A stretch of DNA of 64,000 nucleotides from a virus. Its lineage: Duplodnaviria > Caudoviricetes. The notes under the pieces were generated by a model that was not told the origin of the DNA, did no database searches, and saw only the letters and a list, made by a program, of their open reading frames with translations. The translations under genes were made by a program, and so were the position numbers. Shown piece by piece: positions 10,101-18,589 of this stretch. Location: IMG/VR virus record IMGVR_UViG_3300030055_000003; one strand, 5' to 3'. Each line of letters opens with the position of its first letter. The first letter of the stretch is position 1.

Positions 10101-10633
10101 CTAAAATTAGAACAGGTGAAAATAAGCCAGTATTATGTTCTTTTGACCAAAAAGTTAAAATAACGAATTGTGCAATAGCCTCACCAAATAAAGGTGCATT
10201 AGTTACTGGAACATTGCCTACATCTTCATATGATACAAGTTATTCACCTAATATTAGTGTGTTAGATGCTGATAATCATAGTAATAATAATTTAACTATG
10301 ACTTTAACAATTACAAATATGAGTGGATTATCTGCTGTAGTTGAAAAATATTATGTAATTTGTGGATTTATACAAAAACAAATAACAGTAAATTATCCAG
10401 CCACAGCAACAACTATTCCAACAATTATAAATTCAAATAGTTTAATTATATCAGGTGTTATTAATAGTAGTCAGCCTTATAATATTGTAACAAATTATAT
10501 TAATCCACCAATTTCAATAAGTGATTATTTTATAAATGGTAATATTTTAAATTTACCACCATTGGGAGTATTAGGTAGTTTTTACTATAGTGTATCTAAT
10601 CCAATAATTATAACAATTGAAGAAACAGTTTAG
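7154..10633 (+). CDS. Large tail fibre / virion structural protein (1159 aa)
   Basis: Ser/Thr/Asn/Gly-rich beta-type sequence, GEKGINGDKP collagen-like linker, Ig-like C-terminal segments, tail-operon context. Confidence 0.7.
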   Translation: MNLGLVIALIEALGKQISSKYESIGIIGINTTDTGINFILADGTNIPISISGWHSLTVDEQYTLSQLVASANDKGKTYIGGDLKKYPINFNETNDNKSYSFTIADWTKISDTEYTLTKIHNLNDDVIPYIKNSVGKAETLGIDTSDPNKIVLTSTNAFAGIMLLNFSSSNGNRINNIATVSSSYIFKSITERDTYFSANMGSLQNGLVTIVNNGTMATLYTWGGADSPQGLYDSSLWNDSTALIKGEKGINGDKPKHKFDNNKLYFENPDGSYDEGLTLYGNIDKSKFVEFLKDFEGNNLDDLTLYLDKHKTFLNGLFIGDEKVEGSFKIVTNNSKLEYQRLENGVYKTIGTIGSYTTDVINLDSAYSTVNFKTPTRDLNLARITTDGNSVQVGDVRLDRLILSGKEVYSQKLEDTNTSYNYIVNNDTSITQPITDWDFTINIPSQNNYSYYALYAVDTDNTTTGYYKYTITDVLTGNLVYYSGSPFELKQGLTYKFITTGLHTETLPKLVHLTCGRQYKITFTAQNSIGFKGGLIGGQFKPYCVLKYYFAEEDKLISKGDVTDSVSSNSSTTIASSKAVYTLSQAINSISGGMSPIIPISVSDFSALKSGVNGTHYILSNDGAILGETVHKYDNIFIVNTFGDTVATERPILSSDYVLISANSNTKGNIFITNVEPINSSKSVIKTMNTYPDNGSILSVVSDDNSYKITVEWDRGEDYVGLVSVNGKDVKGITNIGGGSYTGYVVLNSTDINSNKITATLNLNTYTIAFSVVSPPSISSITFGSLPNSQTELKKGDFINVTIVTDKPIDTVEFQDIGAFQHQTISATNNTTVTVSGTIANRGITLQNLKASIRVKSTEGSWSDITESTDTLPLNNIKPSITLISKTFSNGFSALKNSETCIVQVSSTDCDTLISSAIGTELNVDAMVGNDCTVTRLNGDYNDLIANLKIEGTRANNGATNYLDICVEIANVPPTVTNTSSVPKIRTGENKPVLCSFDQKVKITNCAIASPNKGALVTGTLPTSSYDTSYSPNISVLDADNHSNNNLTMTLTITNMSGLSAVVEKYYVICGFIQKQITVNYPATATTIPTIINSNSLIISGVINSSQPYNIVTNYINPPISISDYFINGNILNLPPLGVLGSFYYSVSNPIIITIEETV

Positions 10634-10691
10634 GGACTATGAAAATAGTCCTTTTTATATTTAAAAAATTTAGAAAGGACGTGATATATAG

Positions 10692-11924
10692 ATGTCATAT
10701 TTAGAAAAAGCATGGATAGATGAAAATTGGATGTCAAAAAGTAATTATGAAGAAGTTGTAACTGCTGGATTACCAAATGATAAACCAGCAGTTAATTTTT
10801 TAGTTAGATTTAGTTCTACTGATAAATGTGTTTATGTATTCCAAGGGGATGGAACGGGATTAAATGGTGTATGGTCGAAGGGTCTTGGGGGAAGTGGAAG
10901 TGGACTTACTCCTTTTTTTAAAAATAATTCGTTTTCAGCTAAGATAGGAGAACTTTATTTAACCGATGTGTCTACTCAATCTATTGCAGTGGATATGTCT
11001 AATACGTTAAAAAAAGATGATACTACGGGATTATATAGTATTAATTTAAAATCTGGAGATTATTTTGAAATATTTATAGTGAATGGAGATACTTCAAAAA
11101 ATACAGTAACCGTATCTTTGTCAACACTTCAAAATACACCATATAATATTACAGAAAAACTAGAAGGTCAAAGTGGTTCGGATTTTATATTTAATTCAAA
11201 TAGCTACTTTAGATTTACATATGTTAATGATTCTATAGGGTGGAAAGTAAGTTCAATGTCTGGGGCAACTCCCAATGAAGGAATAACGGGCAGTGTCATT
11301 CAATTTTCAGGGTTTGTTTCGCCAAGTGGATATTTCTTTGCGAATGGTGCAAGTACATCAAGAACGGATTATGCAAACTTATTTAATGTGTTAACTTTTA
11401 GAACAAATGGTGCTTTATCAAATGGAACTAAAAATGTTACAGTTGCAAGTACAAGTAATTTATATCTAAATGAAAGAATAGAGGGTACTGGAATACCAGA
11501 TGGAACAACTATTACAAGTATTACTGATGCCACTCATTTTGTAATAAGTAATAATGCAACAATAACAGGAACGACTAGTATATTAGTATTACCATATGGG
11601 TCAGTTTCTAATACTACTTTTAATTTGCCAAATTTTTGTGGAAGAGTGCCAGTTATGCCAGATGGAACAACTGAATTTAAAGCGTTGGGTATAACTGGAG
11701 GAGAAAAATCGCATCAATTAACACAAGCTGAAATGCCCTCACATCAACATTATATTTATGGATCTAAAGGCGTAGATGATAAAAACTTTGATGGAACTGG
11801 TGGAAGGGTTTCCGCTAGTGATACTCAAAATTCATGGAATCCAGTGACAGGTAGTGCAGGAAATGATTATGCACATAATAATATACAACCTTATATTGGT
11901 ATAAATATGATTATTAAGTATTAA
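10692..11924 (+). CDS. Tail fibre protein with phage tail-collar domain
   Basis: GSVIQFSGFVSPSGYFFANGASTSRTDYANLF...TFNLPNFCGRVP...GGEKSHQLTQAEMPSHQH...AHNNIQPYIGINMIIKY. Confidence 0.85.
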   Translation: MSYLEKAWIDENWMSKSNYEEVVTAGLPNDKPAVNFLVRFSSTDKCVYVFQGDGTGLNGVWSKGLGGSGSGLTPFFKNNSFSAKIGELYLTDVSTQSIAVDMSNTLKKDDTTGLYSINLKSGDYFEIFIVNGDTSKNTVTVSLSTLQNTPYNITEKLEGQSGSDFIFNSNSYFRFTYVNDSIGWKVSSMSGATPNEGITGSVIQFSGFVSPSGYFFANGASTSRTDYANLFNVLTFRTNGALSNGTKNVTVASTSNLYLNERIEGTGIPDGTTITSITDATHFVISNNATITGTTSILVLPYGSVSNTTFNLPNFCGRVPVMPDGTTEFKALGITGGEKSHQLTQAEMPSHQHYIYGSKGVDDKNFDGTGGRVSASDTQNSWNPVTGSAGNDYAHNNIQPYIGINMIIKY

Positions 11925-11956
11925 AAAATAAATTAAAATAAGAAAGGAGATAAAAG

Positions 11957-13489
11957 ATGAATATTTATTCTAAAGATTATTCTTTAAATTCAGATACAAA
12001 AATGGCAAAACTTCTAAATTCAACAGATAATGATATAGCTATTATTTCAAATAACTCAGTTGCAGATAGTGGAATCCAATACACGAATTTAGCAACTCTT
12101 ACTGGAACACAAATATTATCTAACAAATCATTATCTGATTCTACAACTTATATCGTAGACGATACTGATATAACAAAGAAAGCACAATTTGAAGCAAGTG
12201 GAATAACTACAGGTACAACTAAAACTTTAACGATTCCTAATAAATCTGGAACTTTAGCTTTATTAGATGATGCTAGAATGACAGATTGGGTATTGACAAA
12301 TAGTTATAAACAAAATGATAGATGTTATTGGAAGGGTATTCTTTGTCAAGCAAATAGTGATATTCTTGCTAATATTGCTTTCGCATGGGGAATAAATGGA
12401 GCAACATGGAGTCCAGTGATAGGATATGGATACACATGGAAAGGTATATTTTCTAACACTTCTACATATGCAGTAAATGATATTATTGTATCATCTACAA
12501 CTGGCACTATAATATATAGATGTGGAATTGCAATAATTGTAGCAAGTATAAATTATGAACCAGTGTCAGGAATTAATAGAAACTTTTTTATTCCAACATC
12601 ATTGGGAAGTATACAAGAATTCGTGGGGGCAACAAGTACCTCAAATGGACAAGCTGGGTTAATACCAGCTACAACTATTTCACAAGGATTAAATATTGTT
12701 ACTGGACAAGGGTTTAAGTCACAAAAAGACATAGTACCGACTTTTGCATCAGTTAATACTCCAGTAGATTTTTATATAGGTGATAGAGCTTTCTACTATG
12801 GAGTTCTAGTTGAAGCAACTGCAAATGTGATGAGTGGAACAGCATTGAATTGGAATTCATGGAAACCTGCTATATGCTCGGATGGGACGTTTAAATGGAG
12901 GGGAACATTTTTAGCAACATCAACTTATAACGTAAATGATATTGTCACTAAGAATGCAGTAGATACAACTTTTTATAGATGTATGACGGCAATAACCACT
13001 GCAAGTACTAATTTTGACCCTTCTACTGGTTTAAATAGACATTATTGGCAACCGATGACACAAGCAAATACAAATGTATTTTCTCCAGCAACAGCATCTT
13101 TAAATGGTCAATCAGGATTAGTTCCAGCACCATTAGTTGGTCAACAAAACGCTATTTTAAAAGGAAATGGATGGGGAATGTCTATATATAAAGGAACTGT
13201 AACTATTGGTGATGTAGGTGGGACAAGTGGTGTGTTACCTACATCTGGTGATATAACATCTGCGTCTGCAACTGCATCACCTACAATAGATATAACTATA
13301 AATCATCCTTCTGTATCTGCTAATGCGATATATAATATTACAATTGAAAATATGGGGAATGAATTATATGCTAATGATATAACCCAAGTAGAGTTTACAA
13401 GAATATCTACTAGTCAAATAAGAGTATATTTTGAAGAGACATCTTCATCGGTACAAAACATAAAATTAAATATTATGATATTCGATTAA
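11957..13489 (+). CDS. Tail fibre / carbohydrate-binding protein with a duplicated ~130-aa module
   Basis: Two copies of W(K/R)GxFxxTSTYxVNDI...YRCxxAI...GxNR...GATSTSNGQAGLIPA / PATASLNGQSGLVPA; aromatic CBM5/12-like motifs. Confidence 0.7.
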   Translation: MNIYSKDYSLNSDTKMAKLLNSTDNDIAIISNNSVADSGIQYTNLATLTGTQILSNKSLSDSTTYIVDDTDITKKAQFEASGITTGTTKTLTIPNKSGTLALLDDARMTDWVLTNSYKQNDRCYWKGILCQANSDILANIAFAWGINGATWSPVIGYGYTWKGIFSNTSTYAVNDIIVSSTTGTIIYRCGIAIIVASINYEPVSGINRNFFIPTSLGSIQEFVGATSTSNGQAGLIPATTISQGLNIVTGQGFKSQKDIVPTFASVNTPVDFYIGDRAFYYGVLVEATANVMSGTALNWNSWKPAICSDGTFKWRGTFLATSTYNVNDIVTKNAVDTTFYRCMTAITTASTNFDPSTGLNRHYWQPMTQANTNVFSPATASLNGQSGLVPAPLVGQQNAILKGNGWGMSIYKGTVTIGDVGGTSGVLPTSGDITSASATASPTIDITINHPSVSANAIYNITIENMGNELYANDITQVEFTRISTSQIRVYFEETSSSVQNIKLNIMIFD

Positions 13490-13527
13490 CAGAATAAAAC
13501 ACGTTAAAATAGCAAGTTTAATTTTGA

Positions 13528-13559
13528 AGACCTAGATAAAACAATTCTAGGTCTCTTTC
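13528..13559 (+). terminator. Rho-independent terminator
   Basis: AGACCTAGA...TCTAGGTCT followed by a T-rich tail. Confidence 0.65.
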
Positions 13560-13605
13560 TCATGTAACAAAAGATAAATATATAAAAAATGAAAGGAGTG
13601 GTCTT

Positions 13606-15612
13606 ATGGAAACAGGACAAGTTCTTACCACACTAGCTGAACTAGTTACCTCTAATACTACTATAGCTAATAAGCAAGATAAAACAGATAATACTTTGAA
13701 TACCACCGACAAAACTATTGTGGGTTCGATTAATGAAATAAATAATAAAGAATTATCAAATGAAACAAGTATTAATTCTCATGTGTCAGATATAACTAAT
13801 CCTCATAATACAAATTTATCTCAATTAAAGGATATTATAATTGCTAATCCTACAGATAAACAGGTGTTGGGTTATAATTTAGCTAGTTCAAAATTTATTA
13901 ATCAAGATAATGTTGATGAAAAAGTAAAAATAACTTCTACAAGTTCAAGTAAATATCTAGGTGAATGGTTAGATGGAGTTAGTATACAAAATATAGGTAG
14001 TAAATTAGTTTGTAAATCTTTAGATGGAATGGATATAACTCTTGTAGAATTGAACAGACTATCAGGAATTGACAAAAATATAATGGATTACTTGAATGCA
14101 ATTTCAAATCCTATGACCGTAAAAGCAGTAGTAAATACTTATACTGATTTAGCGTCTATTACATCTCTATCTAATGGAAATGTTGCAATAGTAAAATCGG
14201 ATGGAACTCATGACAATAAGCAGTGGACGTATATTTATATAAATAGTGCATGGAATTCAATTGCAGAAAATACTGTGAATGTTCGTGATTTTTCAGTAGA
14301 TAAGTTAGATTTAATATCTGAAGTGAAAAATAAATTGCCACAAGTAAATATTGATATGACTGACATTATTAAAACAACAGATTTGGCTAATTATTTAAAA
14401 GTAAATGACGCTTCGTCTACTTATGCAACTATAACACAAGTTGGATTAAAAGCAAATAACTCAGATATTTATACTCAAACACAAACAGATAATTTATTAA
14501 ATAATAAAGCTAACTCAACTCATACTCATGTAATCAGTGATGTTACTAATTTACAATCTACCTTAGATAACAAATTAAATGTAAGCAATATAAAATCTGG
14601 AACAAATGTTACTGTTGAAACAGACTCAAATAATAATATTACAATAAATTCTACTGCTACAGGTGGAAGCGGAACGTCAATTGATGATTCAAACATATCT
14701 ACATCAACTACATATTCATCTGATAAAATAAATTATAATTATGTTTCTAAGGTTATTGGAAAACAACTTAGTACAGAAGATTATACAACAGTAGAAAAAA
14801 CTAAATTAGCTAATATTACTGGAACTAACACAGGAGACGAAACTCAAACAACTATAAAAACAAAAATAGGAAGTGCATCAACTACTCAAGATGGTTGTTT
14901 GACAAGTATAGATTGGAATACTTTTAATAATAAACAAAATAAGATATTTATTCAATCTACACAACCAACAATTGCAACAGATAATATATGGATAGATAAT
15001 ACTAATCCTATAAGTTATGCTTTGAAAGTATGCAATAGTACAAGCTATATCCAAGTAGGTAATAGTTCTAGTGGTTCAGTTCAAGAAATAGTAATTCAAA
15101 ATACTCAACCTAGTGATACAACCATAAAATTATGGCTAGATACTTCATCAAATCCAGTATTAAAATGGTATAACGGTACTTCATGGATTAGTATTGGTTC
15201 AAGTTCTGGGCATGTAATTAAAGATAGTACGACGACTACTTTTACACAAAGAAAAAATTTAAAGTTTACAGGCTCGGTTACTATAACAGATAATCCAACA
15301 GATGATGCAACAATTATTGATGTAAATAATAATTTTAGTACACCAGTTGAACCAAAAGAATCAATAGCATTAGTAGATGGACAAGATACTTATGAAGTAA
15401 TAAGTCATACAGTGGGTAGTAAATATATGTTTATTCTTGTTGATGGAGTTAGGATACCTTATTCAGATTATACTGATGTAGATTCAACGCATATTCAATT
15501 AAAAACTAATATCACAACTGATATTAAAAAAGATATGGTCATAACTTCTTTTTCTATAATAATAGAAACGGTATTAAATAATTCATCTATTTTAAATGGT
15601 GGTGAATTTTAA
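13606..15612 (+). CDS. Tail fibre-like structural protein
   Basis: Fibre motifs LNTTDKTIVGSINEI, SHVSDITNPHNT, HTHVISDVTNLQSTLD, TTYSSDKI, DWNTFNNKQ. Confidence 0.75.
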   Translation: METGQVLTTLAELVTSNTTIANKQDKTDNTLNTTDKTIVGSINEINNKELSNETSINSHVSDITNPHNTNLSQLKDIIIANPTDKQVLGYNLASSKFINQDNVDEKVKITSTSSSKYLGEWLDGVSIQNIGSKLVCKSLDGMDITLVELNRLSGIDKNIMDYLNAISNPMTVKAVVNTYTDLASITSLSNGNVAIVKSDGTHDNKQWTYIYINSAWNSIAENTVNVRDFSVDKLDLISEVKNKLPQVNIDMTDIIKTTDLANYLKVNDASSTYATITQVGLKANNSDIYTQTQTDNLLNNKANSTHTHVISDVTNLQSTLDNKLNVSNIKSGTNVTVETDSNNNITINSTATGGSGTSIDDSNISTSTTYSSDKINYNYVSKVIGKQLSTEDYTTVEKTKLANITGTNTGDETQTTIKTKIGSASTTQDGCLTSIDWNTFNNKQNKIFIQSTQPTIATDNIWIDNTNPISYALKVCNSTSYIQVGNSSSGSVQEIVIQNTQPSDTTIKLWLDTSSNPVLKWYNGTSWISIGSSSGHVIKDSTTTTFTQRKNLKFTGSVTITDNPTDDATIIDVNNNFSTPVEPKESIALVDGQDTYEVISHTVGSKYMFILVDGVRIPYSDYTDVDSTHIQLKTNITTDIKKDMVITSFSIIIETVLNNSSILNGGEF

Positions 15613-15662
15613 TAAAACATATTGATAAAATATAAATTAACAAAAGAAAGGTGGAATTTTAA

Positions 15663-16604
15663 ATGGCACAAACTATACAACTAAAAAGAGGATTAAATGC
15701 AAATTTATCAAGCTTAACATTGCAAGCTGGAGAACCAGCCTTTACTACGGATACAGGAAAATTATATATAGGTGATGGAACAAATAATATATTGATTAAT
15801 TCTGATATTGCAAATGTAGCAACAGCAGACAAATTAACAAATGCTAGAACCATTTCATCATCTGGTGATGCAACAGGGTCAACGACTTTTGATGGTTCTT
15901 CTAATGTATCTATGGCTTTAACATTAGCTAATACTGGAGTAACTACAGGAACTTATACGAAATTTACAGTTGATGCGAAAGGTAGAATAACTAATGGAAC
16001 TACATTATTAGCAACCGATATTCCAATATTAACATTATCTAAAATAAGTGATGTTGGAACAGTAGCTTCAAAAAATACAGGAACAGCAAGTGGAAATATT
16101 CCTGTATTGGATTCAAATGGGAAATTAGATACAAATGTATTACCATCATTAACTATAAATAACACTTACGTAGTATCTACACAAATTGCAATGTTAGCAT
16201 TATCTGCAAACGTAGGTGACGTTGCAGTAAGAACAGATTTAAGTAAGTCATTTATATTAAAAATATCTGGTGCTAGCACATTAGCAAATTGGCAAGAATT
16301 ATTAACTCCTACAGATGTTGTTCAGAGTGTAGCAGGCAAAACAGGATCAGTTACACTTACTTCTAGTGATGTAGGATTAGGAAATGTAACAAATGAAAGT
16401 AAAGCCACTATGTTTACTAATCCTACTTTTACGGGTACAGCAACAGCTTCAATAAGCGGTAATGCTGGAACATCAACTAAACTTGCTACAGCAAGAACAA
16501 TAGCTATAAGTGGAGATGTAAATGGTTCAGCTACAAGTTTTGATGGTTCAGCCAATATAATAATCTCTGCAACTATATCTACAATAGACGGTGGAGTTTT
16601 TTAA
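15663..16604 (+). CDS. Tail fibre protein with Mtd-N/hyaluronidase-N-like N-terminus
   Basis: MAQTIQLKRG...LQAGEPAFTTDTGKLYIGDG; repeated KL(T/A)(N/T)ARTI...GD..GS..FDGS.N motifs. Confidence 0.8.
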   Translation: MAQTIQLKRGLNANLSSLTLQAGEPAFTTDTGKLYIGDGTNNILINSDIANVATADKLTNARTISSSGDATGSTTFDGSSNVSMALTLANTGVTTGTYTKFTVDAKGRITNGTTLLATDIPILTLSKISDVGTVASKNTGTASGNIPVLDSNGKLDTNVLPSLTINNTYVVSTQIAMLALSANVGDVAVRTDLSKSFILKISGASTLANWQELLTPTDVVQSVAGKTGSVTLTSSDVGLGNVTNESKATMFTNPTFTGTATASISGNAGTSTKLATARTIAISGDVNGSATSFDGSANIIISATISTIDGGVF

Positions 16605-16644
16605 TCAAATAATAAATTAATATAGCAAAAAGGAGAGTGAAAAA

Positions 16645-18381
16645 ATGTCTCAAAAGATACAGGTTAAAAGAGGTGTAAAAGCTAATTTACCCGTTCTAAG
16701 TGTAGGAGAACCTGCTTTTACTACTGATACAAATGAAATTTTTGTAGGTAATGGTACGACAAATATAGGATTGGCAAAAACAGATACAGCTACAACAACA
16801 TCAAATGGATTAATGAGTAATTTAGATAAAACTACAATAACTAATCTTCCAAATATTACAAAAGGTGCAACTATAAACTCTGTACAAGAGGGTAATACTT
16901 CAACAGCTAATGGAGACTATTCTCATGCAGAAGGTTTTGGTAATATAGCTAGTAGTAATTACTCACATGTTGAAGGTCTTTATAATCTAGCATGTAATGG
17001 TACTTCTCATAAAATAACAGCATTTAATGATTTAAATAAAACTATAACATTGGATAATACAACAGGATTAGTGGTAGGCTCTATGTTGTATATTAAAATT
17101 ACTGATGTCCTTACCTTATCAGGCATACGTGTAACAGCAATTAGTGGTCTAGTAGTAACCTTAAACACTACTGCAACAATAAATTCTAATTGGTTATTTG
17201 TTGTTGAAAACAATAACCAATATCCAACTCATGCAGAAGGTAATAATACAATAGCAAATGGAATATCATCTCATGCAGAAGGTAATAAAGCTAGAGCTGT
17301 AAACAATTACTCACATGCAGAAGGTGATACTACATTAGCTGGTGGAGTATCATCTCACTCAGAAGGTTATGTAACACGAGCCATTGGAACTAATTCTCAT
17401 GCAGAAGGGAATACTACACAAGCTAATAGTAACCAAGCGCATGCAGAAGGTTCTAACACAGTGGCTAGTGGAATTAATTCTCATGCAGAAGGTGATACTA
17501 CTACAGCTAGTGGTACTAGTTCACATGCAGAAGGTTTATCTACAACAGCCAAATATTTACAGCATGTTATGGGACAGTTTAATTCAAGTTCTGCTACAAC
17601 AGATACAGCCTATTTATCAACAGGAGAAGCCTTCATAATAGGAAATGGAACAAGTTCGTCAACTCTAGGTAATGCTTTTAAAGTAATGTTTGATGGTAAA
17701 ACCTATGCAGATGGTGCATATGCTTCTACTGGTGCGGATTATGCAGAATACTTTGAGTGGAGTGATGAAAATTCTAATAATGAGGATAGGGTAGGGTTTT
17801 TTGTTACATTGGATGGAGAGCATATTAGAAAAGCTAATTCTACTGATGATTATATTTTAGGAATTGTATCATCTACTCCATCGGTTATTGGTGATAACTA
17901 TGAAGCGTGGAAAGATAAATACGTAACTGATGTGTTTGGAAGAATACAATACCATGACGTAACTGTTCCTGCAATTTACATAACTAAACATCATGACGAT
18001 GCATATGAAAATAAAATTATTGAAGAAGTATCAGATGGTGAAGGTAATATTATAACTCCATATTCAACAGAGTCAATTTTAGTAAAAGAAGCATATGATG
18101 AACAAGTGATTGAACAAGACGAAAGAATAGAAGTACAACCTATTTACAACGCAAAGTGGGATTCTTCACAAGAATATATTACAAGAGAACGAAGACAAGA
18201 ATGGTCACCAATTGGTATGATGGGTAAATTATTGGTTAGAGATGATGGTACTTGTGAAGTAAATGGATATTGTAAATCAAATGATGAAGGTATTGCTACT
18301 AAATCTGATTCATCTGATTTAACAAAATATAAGGTTATGAAAAGAGTTAATGATAATATTATTTTAATATTAGTTAAATAA
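16645..18381 (+). CDS. Tail spike/fibre: Mtd-N-like N-terminus, YadA-like head repeats, peptidase G2 intramolecular chaperone C-terminus
   Basis: MSQKIQVKRG...VGEPAFTTDT; about ten SHAEG repeats; GADYAEYFEW...GIVSSTPSVIGD...EWSPIGMMGKLLVRDDGTC. Confidence 0.85.
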   Translation: MSQKIQVKRGVKANLPVLSVGEPAFTTDTNEIFVGNGTTNIGLAKTDTATTTSNGLMSNLDKTTITNLPNITKGATINSVQEGNTSTANGDYSHAEGFGNIASSNYSHVEGLYNLACNGTSHKITAFNDLNKTITLDNTTGLVVGSMLYIKITDVLTLSGIRVTAISGLVVTLNTTATINSNWLFVVENNNQYPTHAEGNNTIANGISSHAEGNKARAVNNYSHAEGDTTLAGGVSSHSEGYVTRAIGTNSHAEGNTTQANSNQAHAEGSNTVASGINSHAEGDTTTASGTSSHAEGLSTTAKYLQHVMGQFNSSSATTDTAYLSTGEAFIIGNGTSSSTLGNAFKVMFDGKTYADGAYASTGADYAEYFEWSDENSNNEDRVGFFVTLDGEHIRKANSTDDYILGIVSSTPSVIGDNYEAWKDKYVTDVFGRIQYHDVTVPAIYITKHHDDAYENKIIEEVSDGEGNIITPYSTESILVKEAYDEQVIEQDERIEVQPIYNAKWDSSQEYITRERRQEWSPIGMMGKLLVRDDGTCEVNGYCKSNDEGIATKSDSSDLTKYKVMKRVNDNIILILVK

Positions 18382-18520
18382 AGGGAAATAGAAATTATAA
18401 TACAAATATCGAAAGTAGAACAGATGAAAAGTATACATACGGGAATTTAGATTCCAATAACATTCCACAGTATACAGTAATGTCATAAATTAGTTAATAA
18501 AATAAATTAAAACAATACAA

Positions 18521-18553
18521 AAGGTTTGATTATTAATTTAATCGAGCCTTTTT
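18521..18553 (+). terminator. Rho-independent terminator
   Basis: AAGGTTTGATT...AATCGAGCCTT followed by TTT. Confidence 0.65.
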
Positions 18554-18589
18554 AGTTAAATTAATAATTAGAAAGGAGAGATTAAATTA

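Noticed and set aside
16900-17540. Repeated TCTCATGCAGAAGGT units, possible CRISPR array
   Set aside because: In-frame SHAEG YadA-like coding repeats with 14-codon periodicity; no cas genes or leader.
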